This document shows, in pieces, positions 1 to 7,437 of a stretch of 38,046 nt of DNA (position 1 is its first letter; every line of letters starts with the position of its first letter). Source of the stretch: Candidatus Pacearchaeota archaeon (lineage in GTDB: Archaea > Nanobdellota > Nanobdellia > Pacearchaeales > DTIR01). The position numbers and the translations under genes are program-made. The notes under the pieces were generated by a model. It worked only from the letters and a program-made list of their open reading frames with translations. It had not been told where the DNA came from and ran no database searches. The DNA lies in assembly GCA_016211995.1 (NCBI GenBank), contig JACRHU010000002.1, positions 1 to 38,046 of the forward strand, given 5' to 3'.

Positions 1-132
1 AAATAAGAGAATACTAAATAGAAGGCAATTTTTTTGTAAAAGACAAGCTTGAGCTTAAATAAGAATGAATATTTTTTTATTTTTTTCTTTTGTTTTAGTT
101 AGTATATAATCCATTGATATGGATTACAATTG

Positions 133-204
133 TCTTTGCTTCAAGAAAATCAAAGATTTTCTGGATCCTAAAAACCTTTGGTTTTTCTGATGTCAGGGCA
201 AAGA
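133..204 (+). repeat. GGATCC-core hairpin-module element, copy R1
   Basis: Outer stem TCTTTGC(133)/GCAAAGA(198). GAAAATC-aaa-GATTTTC (145-161). T-GGATCC-T (162-169). AAAAACC-ttt-GGTTTTT (170-186). CTGA-tg-TCAG (187-196). Confidence 0.8.
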
Positions 205-299
205 ATTATCACATTAACTTATCTATTGAATTTATTAATCTTAGTAATTAATAAATCTTTTTTAGTAAGATTTATTAATAGAATGCATATAGTAGTCTT

Positions 300-2432
300 A
301 TGAAAAATAAGGTGGTTTTAGGGGTTTTTTTAGCAGTTTTCTTGTTTAGCCTAATTTCTGCTGCTTCTGCAGAAATCTTGCTTGGGCAGCCTAGCAAGAT
401 TTATATGCTTGGAAGCAATTTTGAACAACAAGTTGATATTTTAGAATCTGACTCTGCCACTGGATTGCTGCAGCTGACTCTTGTCTGTCCTTCTCAGAGT
501 GTTGTATTTTATGCTGATACAGTGAGTGTTAGTGCTAATACTCTATTTGAGCTTAAGAAAGGACTTGTTCTTACAGATGGCATTGGAGAATGCCATGTTA
601 CCTCTAGTTTTTTAAGCGAGAGTGCAAGAACTAGTAATTTTATTGTAAGTGATAATATAAAATTAGATATCACGCTGAGCGCAAAGAGCGTGAAACCTGG
701 TGAGCAGCTTGTAATTAATGGAAATGCTATTCGTGAGGATGGAATTCCTGTGAATGGATTTGCTGAAATTTCTGTTGGAGATGTTGCGAAGCAGACTATT
801 GCAGTTGTTGATGGTTCTTTTACAATTAACTTGAATATCCCTGAGAATGCAAGGCCAGATGCTTATGACATTGAAATTCTTGTTTATGAGAAATATAAAG
901 ACACTAGAACAAATAAGGCTGTTTTCCAAGATAAGATTTATGTTACAGTTGTGCCAACAAAGTTGGAACTTGCATTAAATAATGATAGTTTTATTCCTGG
1001 CTCTATTCTTACTGTCAAGGCTTTATTGTATGATCAAGCTGGAAATGAGATAAAAGATATTGTAAGGCTAGAGATATATGATTCAAGGGGGAATAATCTT
1101 GTTCAGGAGGGAATAGAAACAAGTTTAAGTAAAAATTATCAGATTCCAAATAATGCAACAGCTGGAGATTGGAAGATTTATGTGAGTATTTCTGACTTGA
1201 GGGAAGAGAGGATAATTTACATTCCAAAATATGAATCTGCGTCTGTAGAGCTTGTAAACAACAAGCTTGTGGTAACCAATACAGGAAATGTGCCTTACAA
1301 GAAAACTTTAGAAATTAAATTTAGTAGTGGTGGAACTGAAATTGATAAAACTAAAAAAGTTGTACTTGATGTGGATGATAAACAATCTTTCTTGTTAGAA
1401 GCTCCTAATGGAACATATGATGTTTCTGTTAATGCTTTGAGTGATGGAACTGAAACTATAGAGGAAGTAAAAGAGTTCAGGTCAGTGCCATTAACAGGCA
1501 GGGCAACAGCTGTTCTTGATCTTGAAGGAAGAAAAGGTTTATTCACTCAGTATCCTTTAATCTCTTTTATTGTCTTCATTATTTTGATTATATTTATTAT
1601 CTATATATCTAGACCTAAACAAGAGCTTGATTATGTTGAATCAAAAGGAGTTATAAGCAGAGGACAAGGCACCGGATATATTGTTGCAACAAGCTCCCTT
1701 CCAATACAGGCGAGAGATGCTGGAAAAAGCGAAGATGTAATAAGAAGAATTTATGACAAGTATGTTGACAAGAGCCTAGTTGAAAAGGTAGTACAGGGTT
1801 CTATTGTAGGTAATAGACAAGAGCTTAGTGTTTTATTTGTTTCATTAAAAAATCTTTCAGAAATTCAGAAAGATGATAATTTTACAGAACTGATAAATAA
1901 GTATTTCAGAATTGTTACGAATGCTGTTTATGGCAACCGCGGAGTTGTAGGGCATGTTGCTGGAAGTGATATAATTGCATTATTTAATGCTCCTAGAACT
2001 CAGGAAAATCATCAACTTGCTGCTGTTCGCGCTGCAACAAGAATTAATGAAGAACTATCAAAATTAGAAGTAGAACACGGCCTTGGAATAAATTCAGGAC
2101 AAGCAGCTGTAGGATTAAATGCTAAAGTTTTAAGATTCATGCCTACTGCAGGCCTTTCGCTTGTTGCTCAAAAACTAAAGGAAAAATCAAGAAATGAAAT
2201 ACTTGTAAGCAAGAGTATAAATGATGTTGCAAGAGATTATTTTAAAATTCAGAGATATGGTGTAGTTGATGCTGGTGTGCATGTTATTGAAGCTTTCAAA
2301 GTTGTCGGAGCAGGCGGTGCATTCACATCAGAAGAGAAAAAAGAGTCATCATTAGCTGATATGATTTCTAGAGTCAAGCTTGAGCAAGAGAAAAAAGAGG
2401 CTGAAAAAAGATTACAGAGAGGAAGTCAATAA
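300..2432 (+). CDS. Membrane-anchored surface protein with signal peptide, ~400-aa beta-rich ectodomain, one TM helix and a cytoplasmic degenerate class III nucleotidyl-cyclase-like domain
   Basis: ATG at 300. Signal-like N-terminus MKNKVVLGVFLAVFLFSLISAASA. TM helix LISFIVFIILIIFIIYI. The C-terminal LSVLFVSLKNLS...VAGSDIIALFNAP...AAVRAATRI...GINSGQAAVG resembles a cyclase homology domain, but the first metal Asp position is Ser and no clear Asn/Arg catalytic pair is seen. Confidence 0.6.
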   Translation: MKNKVVLGVFLAVFLFSLISAASAEILLGQPSKIYMLGSNFEQQVDILESDSATGLLQLTLVCPSQSVVFYADTVSVSANTLFELKKGLVLTDGIGECHVTSSFLSESARTSNFIVSDNIKLDITLSAKSVKPGEQLVINGNAIREDGIPVNGFAEISVGDVAKQTIAVVDGSFTINLNIPENARPDAYDIEILVYEKYKDTRTNKAVFQDKIYVTVVPTKLELALNNDSFIPGSILTVKALLYDQAGNEIKDIVRLEIYDSRGNNLVQEGIETSLSKNYQIPNNATAGDWKIYVSISDLREERIIYIPKYESASVELVNNKLVVTNTGNVPYKKTLEIKFSSGGTEIDKTKKVVLDVDDKQSFLLEAPNGTYDVSVNALSDGTETIEEVKEFRSVPLTGRATAVLDLEGRKGLFTQYPLISFIVFIILIIFIIYISRPKQELDYVESKGVISRGQGTGYIVATSSLPIQARDAGKSEDVIRRIYDKYVDKSLVEKVVQGSIVGNRQELSVLFVSLKNLSEIQKDDNFTELINKYFRIVTNAVYGNRGVVGHVAGSDIIALFNAPRTQENHQLAAVRAATRINEELSKLEVEHGLGINSGQAAVGLNAKVLRFMPTAGLSLVAQKLKEKSRNEILVSKSINDVARDYFKIQRYGVVDAGVHVIEAFKVVGAGGAFTSEEKKESSLADMISRVKLEQEKKEAEKRLQRGSQ

Positions 2433-2470
2433 ATAAAGATAATTACTCGACATGATAACCAAAATTGATG

Positions 2471-2541
2471 CAAACCATCATCGGGAAAACCTTTAGGTTT
2501 TCAAGATCCTAAAATCCTGATGGATTTTATGATGCGGTTTG
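2471..2541 (+). repeat. GGATCC-core hairpin-module element, copy R2
   Basis: Outer stem CAAACC-ATCAT / ATGAT-gc-GGTTTG. GAAAACC-ttta-GGTTTTC (2485-2502). Core AGATCC (2504-2509). AAAATCC-tgat-GGATTTT (2511-2528). Confidence 0.8.
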
Positions 2542-2609
2542 GACTTTAAGGATTGCTAATAAAGAACAAGGAAAAATCAGATTAGTGATTAAATTTTTTA
2601 GGAGAAAAA

Positions 2610-3242
2610 ATGTTTTATGGAAATTATAGATTGATTATTTTTGATTTTGATGGAACTTTGGCTGATTCTAGAGAACTTTATAGAAAACAAATTTTTCTTA
2701 ATTTAAAGAAATATGGCTATAAGATAAGTAAAAAGAAATTTGAAAAGAATTTTGGTCTCCGCTTGGATAGGATGTTGCATGCACTTGGGATTAAAAAACA
2801 TAGCAAACAAATAAGAAATGCTGTGAATGGATATGTCTTACAGCATGCAAATCAGATTAAAGCACTTCCGGGGATTAATGTTGTTCGAGAGTTGAAAAGA
2901 AAAAAATACAAGATTGCACTTGTATCAAATTCAAGAAGGAATTTTATTGTTAAGGCAGTAAGACATTTTGGAATCTACAAGTATTTTGATTATGTTTTAG
3001 GAGGAGATTATTTTGCAAGCAAAGTTAAAGCTTTCAAGCATCTTTTTCATGTTTTGAAGATAAGGCCTGAACAGGCAGTTTATATTGCTGATAGAGCAGG
3101 AGATATTGTTGTTGCAAAACAAGCAGGCTGCGATATGATTTCTATTAGTAATAAGTATTCCTGGTCTCCTAGGAGTGAAATTAAAAAAGCAACTCCTGAT
3201 AAAATAATTAAAAGTTTAAAGGAGCTTGAGAAGATTTTATAA
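2610..3242 (+). CDS. HAD-superfamily hydrolase (phosphoglycolate phosphatase-like)
   Basis: AGGAG 6 nt upstream of the ATG. Motif I FDFDGTLADS, motif II LVSNS, motif III-like K...ADRAGDIVVAKQAG. Confidence 0.8.
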   Translation: MFYGNYRLIIFDFDGTLADSRELYRKQIFLNLKKYGYKISKKKFEKNFGLRLDRMLHALGIKKHSKQIRNAVNGYVLQHANQIKALPGINVVRELKRKKYKIALVSNSRRNFIVKAVRHFGIYKYFDYVLGGDYFASKVKAFKHLFHVLKIRPEQAVYIADRAGDIVVAKQAGCDMISISNKYSWSPRSEIKKATPDKIIKSLKELEKIL

Positions 3243-3788
3243 TACTGGCTCTATTTCAAGAAACGCATTTACAGCTGCATATTTAATTTCTGGGTGCTTT
3301 TTTTCTAAGTCATTAAGAAAGTTTCTAACTTGAACCCCTAATTTGTCCTTGTCTTTCTGCTTATTGATTTTTATCTTATTGAGTTTTGCATAAAGCTCAA
3401 TTTCTTTATCAAGCAAAAGATAAAGAGGCTTGATTGTATTCTTGTATTTTGGCATCAGCTGCTTTACTTCCTGCTTTTTTTTCAGTTGGTTTAGAATTAT
3501 TTGGCATGCAATATTGCCTATTGAGGTTGAAAGCAAAATTTTATCTGTTTTTGTCTTTATTTTGCTTATTTTGTAAATAGGAAGTTTTCTAAATATATGC
3601 TCAATAATAGTTGTATATCTTCCTTTATCAATAAATATCTTATTTCCTTTTCTCAGAAGATTATATTTTCTTATTGTAAATAGTATTTTTTTCTCAAAGT
3701 AATGAATAAAACAGTTTTTGCATAGTTTTCTACCATTTATCATTACAAATACTGCATTAGTTTTACATTTCTTGCACATTTTAATCAT
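3237..3788 (-). CDS. Degenerate short TtuA/Ncs6-family paralog that keeps the N-terminal zinc finger but lacks the PP-loop
   Basis: CKKCK...LCKNCFIHYFEKKILFTIRKY matches the Ncs6/TtuA N-terminal CxxC..CxxCF..FE.K motif. IKPLYLLLDKEIELYA and VRNFLNDLEKKHPEIK match C-terminal family blocks. The SGGKDS position reads STSIGN. Only 183 aa. Confidence 0.55.
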   Translation of the reverse strand: MIKMCKKCKTNAVFVMINGRKLCKNCFIHYFEKKILFTIRKYNLLRKGNKIFIDKGRYTTIIEHIFRKLPIYKISKIKTKTDKILLSTSIGNIACQIILNQLKKKQEVKQLMPKYKNTIKPLYLLLDKEIELYAKLNKIKINKQKDKDKLGVQVRNFLNDLEKKHPEIKYAAVNAFLEIEPVL

Positions 3789-3821
3789 AATATTTTTAAA
3801 GTCTATAAATTATAAAGTTTA

Positions 3822-4493
3822 ATGTCTTATTTAAAGGATGCGAAAGAGGAACTTAGAAGAGATTTTAGGGGTATCTGGACAGATTTAGGTGTATTTTCTC
3901 TGAAACTAATGGCTTTGCCTTACAAATGCAGAGTTTATGGCAAGGAAAACATTCCGAAAAGTGGAGCAATATTAGCAGCAAATCATTCTAGCTACATGGA
4001 TCCTATTTTTATGGTTTCTGGCTTAAATAGAAGGATATATTTTTTTGTAAAGCATTATATTGCTCCTACAGCTGATTTTGAGCATTCAACATATGGAAGA
4101 CTTCTTGCATCTGTTGGCCAGATTTTGCTGAAGGACGGAGAAATTGATATAAATTCTATTAAAAAGGCAAAAAGAATATTAAAATCTGATTCTAGAAATA
4201 ATAAACTTGGTATATTTTCAGAAGGAACAAGAACTTATGATGGAAAATTTGGAAAAATTCAAGAAGGAACTGCATGGCTTTCTTATATTACTCATTCACC
4301 AATTATTCCTATTGGGATAAAAGGGACATATGACTTATGGCCGAGGCATAGAAAATTGCCGAGATTGTCTGGAAAAGTAAGAATTAATGTTGGTAAACCC
4401 TTATATCCTGATTATGGAATAGAAAAAAGAAAAGCGATTAAAGATTTAACAGAAATTTTACAAAATGAGATTGAGAGGTTAATTGAAAGTTAG
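3822..4493 (+). CDS. plsC: 1-acyl-sn-glycerol-3-phosphate acyltransferase family (PlsC-like)
   Basis: HxxxxD block ANHSSYMDP, FSEGTRT block, and IPIGIKGT near the C-terminus. Confidence 0.8.
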   Translation: MSYLKDAKEELRRDFRGIWTDLGVFSLKLMALPYKCRVYGKENIPKSGAILAANHSSYMDPIFMVSGLNRRIYFFVKHYIAPTADFEHSTYGRLLASVGQILLKDGEIDINSIKKAKRILKSDSRNNKLGIFSEGTRTYDGKFGKIQEGTAWLSYITHSPIIPIGIKGTYDLWPRHRKLPRLSGKVRINVGKPLYPDYGIEKRKAIKDLTEILQNEIERLIES

Positions 4494-4506
4494 ATTTGTT
4501 AAAGAA

Positions 4507-4553
4507 CAAGTGATTGACCATCACTTGCAAAAGTCCAAAGGGGTCAGCTTTGG
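4507..4553. terminator. Two hairpins between convergent genes (bidirectional terminator candidate)
   Basis: CAAGTGAT-tgacc-ATCACTTG (4507-4527) and CCAAAG-gggtcag-CTTTGG (4535-4553) lie between the plsC stop (4493) and the minus-strand PP-loop gene stop (4581). Confidence 0.45.
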
Positions 4554-4580
4554 ATTGTTAATGGTTATTTATTAAAGATA

Positions 4581-5576
4581 TTAAATCCTTAGATTTTCAA
4601 TTTCTTCTTGGGTTGCTTTTTTTGCAAGGATTATTTTTTTATTGAAGATGATTTCGCATTCTTGCTCACAATCAGAATATCTTGCAGTAAGCTCTGCTGC
4701 TTTTTTAAGTTCTTTTTCTCTGAGTTCTCCTATCACTAATGTAACAGGACCCATTACATCTTTGGCTTCCATAATTATATCTTTCTTTGTTGCTAACATT
4801 TGAAGTTTTTTATTTTCTTGTTCATTTCTTCCTATTACTACTCTTACATTTCCTATTCTGAAATGCCTGCCTGTTTTTAAAATTTCTATATCTGTTTCTG
4901 AAATTTCTTTATTATGGTTGAAAAGATTTTGCAGCTTTCTTGCAAAATCTTTTTCGCAGAGCAGGCAGCCGCCTGCTGGTGTTGGATAGCTCAGGTTGTA
5001 TTTTTTTGCTAGCTCAAGCTGAATTTTCCTGTTTCGTCCTTTTATTGCAAGAAATTTTTCTCTATCCAGTAATCCTTTTTTCTCTGCATCTGTTTCTGGT
5101 AATAGCTTGGCTGATAATGGCCTTAGAAGTTTGCCTTCTAATTTTGTTTCTTTTTCAATTAATTTTAATGCGCGCAGCTTTTGGCTCATAGGACGCTCTT
5201 CTAAAACTTCACCTGTTACAATCACATCTGCTTTTATTTTTTTAGCTAATTTTTTTGCTTCTTCTAAAATAAAGATTCTGCAATCAATGCATGGATTCAT
5301 TCCAGAGCCATGTCCATATTTTGTGTGCTTTACAATCTCAAGATATTTTTTGAATAGCTTGCCTTTAGTGCAATCAATTATCTTTAGTTTAACTCCTTGC
5401 ATCTGCGAGAAGTTAAAAGCACAATCTGGTTTACAGCATCCGCTACCAAATGGCAATGCTAAAAAGAGAGCAATAACTTCTGCGCCCTGCTCTTGCATGA
5501 GTTTTATTGCAAGCCTGCTGTCTAATCCTCCAGAGAAGAGGCAGACTGCTTTGCATTTCTTTCTTTTTTGTTCCAT
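4581..5576 (-). CDS. PP-loop ATP pyrophosphatase, MnmA/ThiI-like predicted tRNA sulfurtransferase
   Basis: PP-loop CLFSGGLDSRLA. NPCIDCRIF...ADVIVTGEVLEERPMSQ block. Further Cys pairs (GGCLLCEK). The exact family was not resolved by eye. Confidence 0.65.
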   Translation of the reverse strand: MEQKRKKCKAVCLFSGGLDSRLAIKLMQEQGAEVIALFLALPFGSGCCKPDCAFNFSQMQGVKLKIIDCTKGKLFKKYLEIVKHTKYGHGSGMNPCIDCRIFILEEAKKLAKKIKADVIVTGEVLEERPMSQKLRALKLIEKETKLEGKLLRPLSAKLLPETDAEKKGLLDREKFLAIKGRNRKIQLELAKKYNLSYPTPAGGCLLCEKDFARKLQNLFNHNKEISETDIEILKTGRHFRIGNVRVVIGRNEQENKKLQMLATKKDIIMEAKDVMGPVTLVIGELREKELKKAAELTARYSDCEQECEIIFNKKIILAKKATQEEIENLRI

Positions 5577-5610
5577 AGAATAAGGAAAAAAAGAAAGATT
5601 TTAAATCTAT

Positions 5611-5991
5611 TCAAACAAGCAAATCCATTTCTTCTGCTTCTTTATAGTAACCCTTGTGGTCGAAGTCATAGTTAAAATGTATGAAAAAGTCTTGCAAAAG
5701 CTCTTTATTCGCTTTTATCTCTTTGAGTATATCAAAAATTTCTTTAGTAAAACAATATGGGCATAGGAAGTCAGAATTCTTTTTACATATAATACATCTG
5801 CCTCCTCTTAATGAGGATTTTTTATATGCTCTAACTGCCTCAAGCAGTTTTTCCTTTAGTTTGAGGAGTTCTATTCTTCCTGAATTTTCATTTATCCACG
5901 CTTCTATTTCTCTCGCTAGGCAAGAAGGGCATATCGGATTAAATATGCTTTCCTTGCATTCAGCGCATGTTTGAAAAAGATTTTGTATCAT
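5611..5991 (-). CDS. Small Cys-rich zinc-ribbon protein, function unknown
   Basis: Two CxxC..CxxC knuckles: CAECKESIFNPICPSC and CIICKKNSDFLCPYC. Immediately upstream of the PP-loop gene on the same strand. Confidence 0.5.
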   Translation of the reverse strand: MIQNLFQTCAECKESIFNPICPSCLAREIEAWINENSGRIELLKLKEKLLEAVRAYKKSSLRGGRCIICKKNSDFLCPYCFTKEIFDILKEIKANKELLQDFFIHFNYDFDHKGYYKEAEEMDLLV

Positions 5992-6038
5992 TTTAATGTT
6001 GAAGAAAAATTGCAGGAGCCGAGAAGATTATCAAGCCC

Positions 6039-6164
6039 TTACAATGTCTTAGTTTTAACGCCGCAAATAGAGCCGCAGCCAAAACCAAAGACCTTGCACA
6101 TATAGGCATGTCTAGGTCTAGCTAAGAAAAAACTCCACATTCCTCTTTTCATATTTGCGTCCAT
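6039..6164 (-). CDS. Candidate 41-aa Cys/Gly-containing small ORF (below the ORF-track cutoff)
   Basis: My translation is MDANMKRGMWSFFLARPRHAYMCKVFGFGCGSICGVKTKTL. On the minus strand a TATA-like TTATTTAAA lies about 25 nt upstream of the ATG. The local sequence is noticeably more GC-rich than the surrounding spacer. Confidence 0.25.
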   Translation of the reverse strand: MDANMKRGMWSFFLARPRHAYMCKVFGFGCGSICGVKTKTL

Positions 6165-6248
6165 AGAAATTACAGCATTTTATGCTTTAAATAATTTTCG
6201 ATTCAATGTTCTATATATTATTTTAAGTGTTTTTATCTCTATAATAAG

Positions 6249-6258
6249 TTTTAAATAA
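6249..6258 (+). promoter_or_regulatory. TATA-box-like element for trxB
   Basis: TTTTAAATAA is centred about 25 nt upstream of the ATG at 6279 with no SD in between. This is consistent with an archaeal leaderless promoter. Confidence 0.4.
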
Positions 6259-6278
6259 GAATATTACTTGTTTTCTAT

Positions 6279-7226
6279 ATGGAAGAATATGATTTAATTA
6301 TTATCGGAAGTGGAGCAGCTGGCTTAACTGCTGCTATTTATGCATGCAGGAAGAAGTTGAAAACATTACTTCTTGGAAAAGAAGTCGGAGGACAAACTGC
6401 ATCAGCTGCAACTATTGAAAATTATCCTGGTTTCGAGAGAGTACGAGGAATGGATTTAATTAAGATATTTGAAAAACAAGCCCGAAGTTTTGGCGCAGAG
6501 ATTATACACGAGCAAGTTATAGAGATTAAGAAGAAAGGAAATTTTGTTATCAAGAGTGAAAGGAGAGAGTACTCTGCAAAGGCAATTATACTTGCTTTCG
6601 GAAAAACTCCTCGAAGCTTGGATGTGAAAGGTGAAAAAGAATTACTTGGAAGGGGAATAAGTTATTGCGCGACATGTGATGGTAATTTTTTTACTGGAAA
6701 GATAGTTGCAGTAGTTGGGGGTGGAAATTCAGCAATAGGAGCTGTTTATTTTCTTAGCAACATAGCAAAAAAAGTTTACTCTATTCATAGGAGGGATGAA
6801 TTTTTAGCAGATGAGGTTTTAATTGAAAAAATCAAGAAATTGAAAAATGTTGAGTCTTTAGTGCATTATGTTATTAAAGAATTCAAAGGAAAAAATTCTT
6901 TAACTTCTATTGTTATATCTGATAAAAAAGGGAAAACAAAAGAATTGAAAATTGATGGTTGTTTTATTGAAGTAGGTTCTGAAGTTAAAACTGATTTTAT
7001 CAAGAAACTTATGAAGTTAGATGCTTTTGGGCATATAATTGTTAATGAAAAATGTGAAACTTCTACTCCCGGAATATTCGCTGCAGGAGATGTCACAAAC
7101 ATTCCTTTTAAGCAGACAGTTATTGCAGCTGGTGAGGGTGCAAAAGCTGCATTAAGTGCTTATAATTATATTAAAGGCATTAAACCGAGATTTACAGCAG
7201 ACTGGATACATGGTAAAGAGGATTGA
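6279..7226 (+). CDS. trxB: Thioredoxin reductase
   Basis: FAD fold DLIIIGSGAAGLTAAIYA, redox-active CATCDG, second dinucleotide fold VAVVGGGNSA, and GIFAAGDV. Confidence 0.9.
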   Translation: MEEYDLIIIGSGAAGLTAAIYACRKKLKTLLLGKEVGGQTASAATIENYPGFERVRGMDLIKIFEKQARSFGAEIIHEQVIEIKKKGNFVIKSERREYSAKAIILAFGKTPRSLDVKGEKELLGRGISYCATCDGNFFTGKIVAVVGGGNSAIGAVYFLSNIAKKVYSIHRRDEFLADEVLIEKIKKLKNVESLVHYVIKEFKGKNSLTSIVISDKKGKTKELKIDGCFIEVGSEVKTDFIKKLMKLDAFGHIIVNEKCETSTPGIFAAGDVTNIPFKQTVIAAGEGAKAALSAYNYIKGIKPRFTADWIHGKED

Positions 7227-7291
7227 ATATAGATTCGGAATAAATCATTAATAATAACCAAAGCTGACCCCTTTGGTAGTTACTCAATCCT

Positions 7292-7371
7292 ATCATCAAA
7301 AAAATCTATAAGATTTTTAGGATCCCAAAAAGCTGGTTGCCTCCAGCAAAGCTGGAATGTTGAGCTTTTTG
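7292..7371 (+). repeat. GGATCC-core hairpin-module element, copy R3
   Basis: AAAAATC-tataa-GATTTTT (7300-7318). GGATCC (7320-7325). Long stem CAAAAAGCT(7326)/AGCTTTTTG(7363) enclosing GCTGG-ttgcct-CCAGC. Confidence 0.75.
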
Positions 7372-7437
7372 CGAATCGGCTTGATCCTTAATCAAGATTT
7401 CATAAGATTTAAAAGCATATTTTTTCTAGAGTTATTT

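Noticed and set aside
133-204. Cloverleaf-like fold of repeat R1 (a 7-bp outer stem enclosing three hairpins) as a possible tRNA or tRNA-like gene.
   Set aside because: The loops are only 2-3 nt, the arm lengths are 7/7/4 bp, and there are no D-loop, T-loop or anticodon-loop features. The same architecture recurs with other sequences as a repeat family.
5107-5583. Long antisense ORFs in the six-frame track: 4940-5191+, 5107-5583+, 5681-5974+, 8948-9364-, 12070-12378-, 12440-12766-, 17582-18424-, 19363-19842+, 19946-20455+, 24340-24603+, 28542-28931- and others.
   Set aside because: Each lies opposite a CDS with strong family motifs. They have low-complexity F/L/I/S-rich translations typical of shadow ORFs in AT-rich DNA, and they lack start context.
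7357-7437. N-terminal extensions suggested by the ORF track: 7357 for the Trx-fold gene, 12990 for the LAGLIDADG gene, 13888 for nth, 35001 (GTG) for the 130-aa ORF, 21232 (GTG) for the small sulfur-operon ORF, and 22463 (TTG) for the AbrB-like gene.
   Set aside because: The extensions run through repeat elements, palindromic operators or the preceding gene. They lack homology-like sequence. Internal ATGs give compact or ATGA-coupled arrangements.
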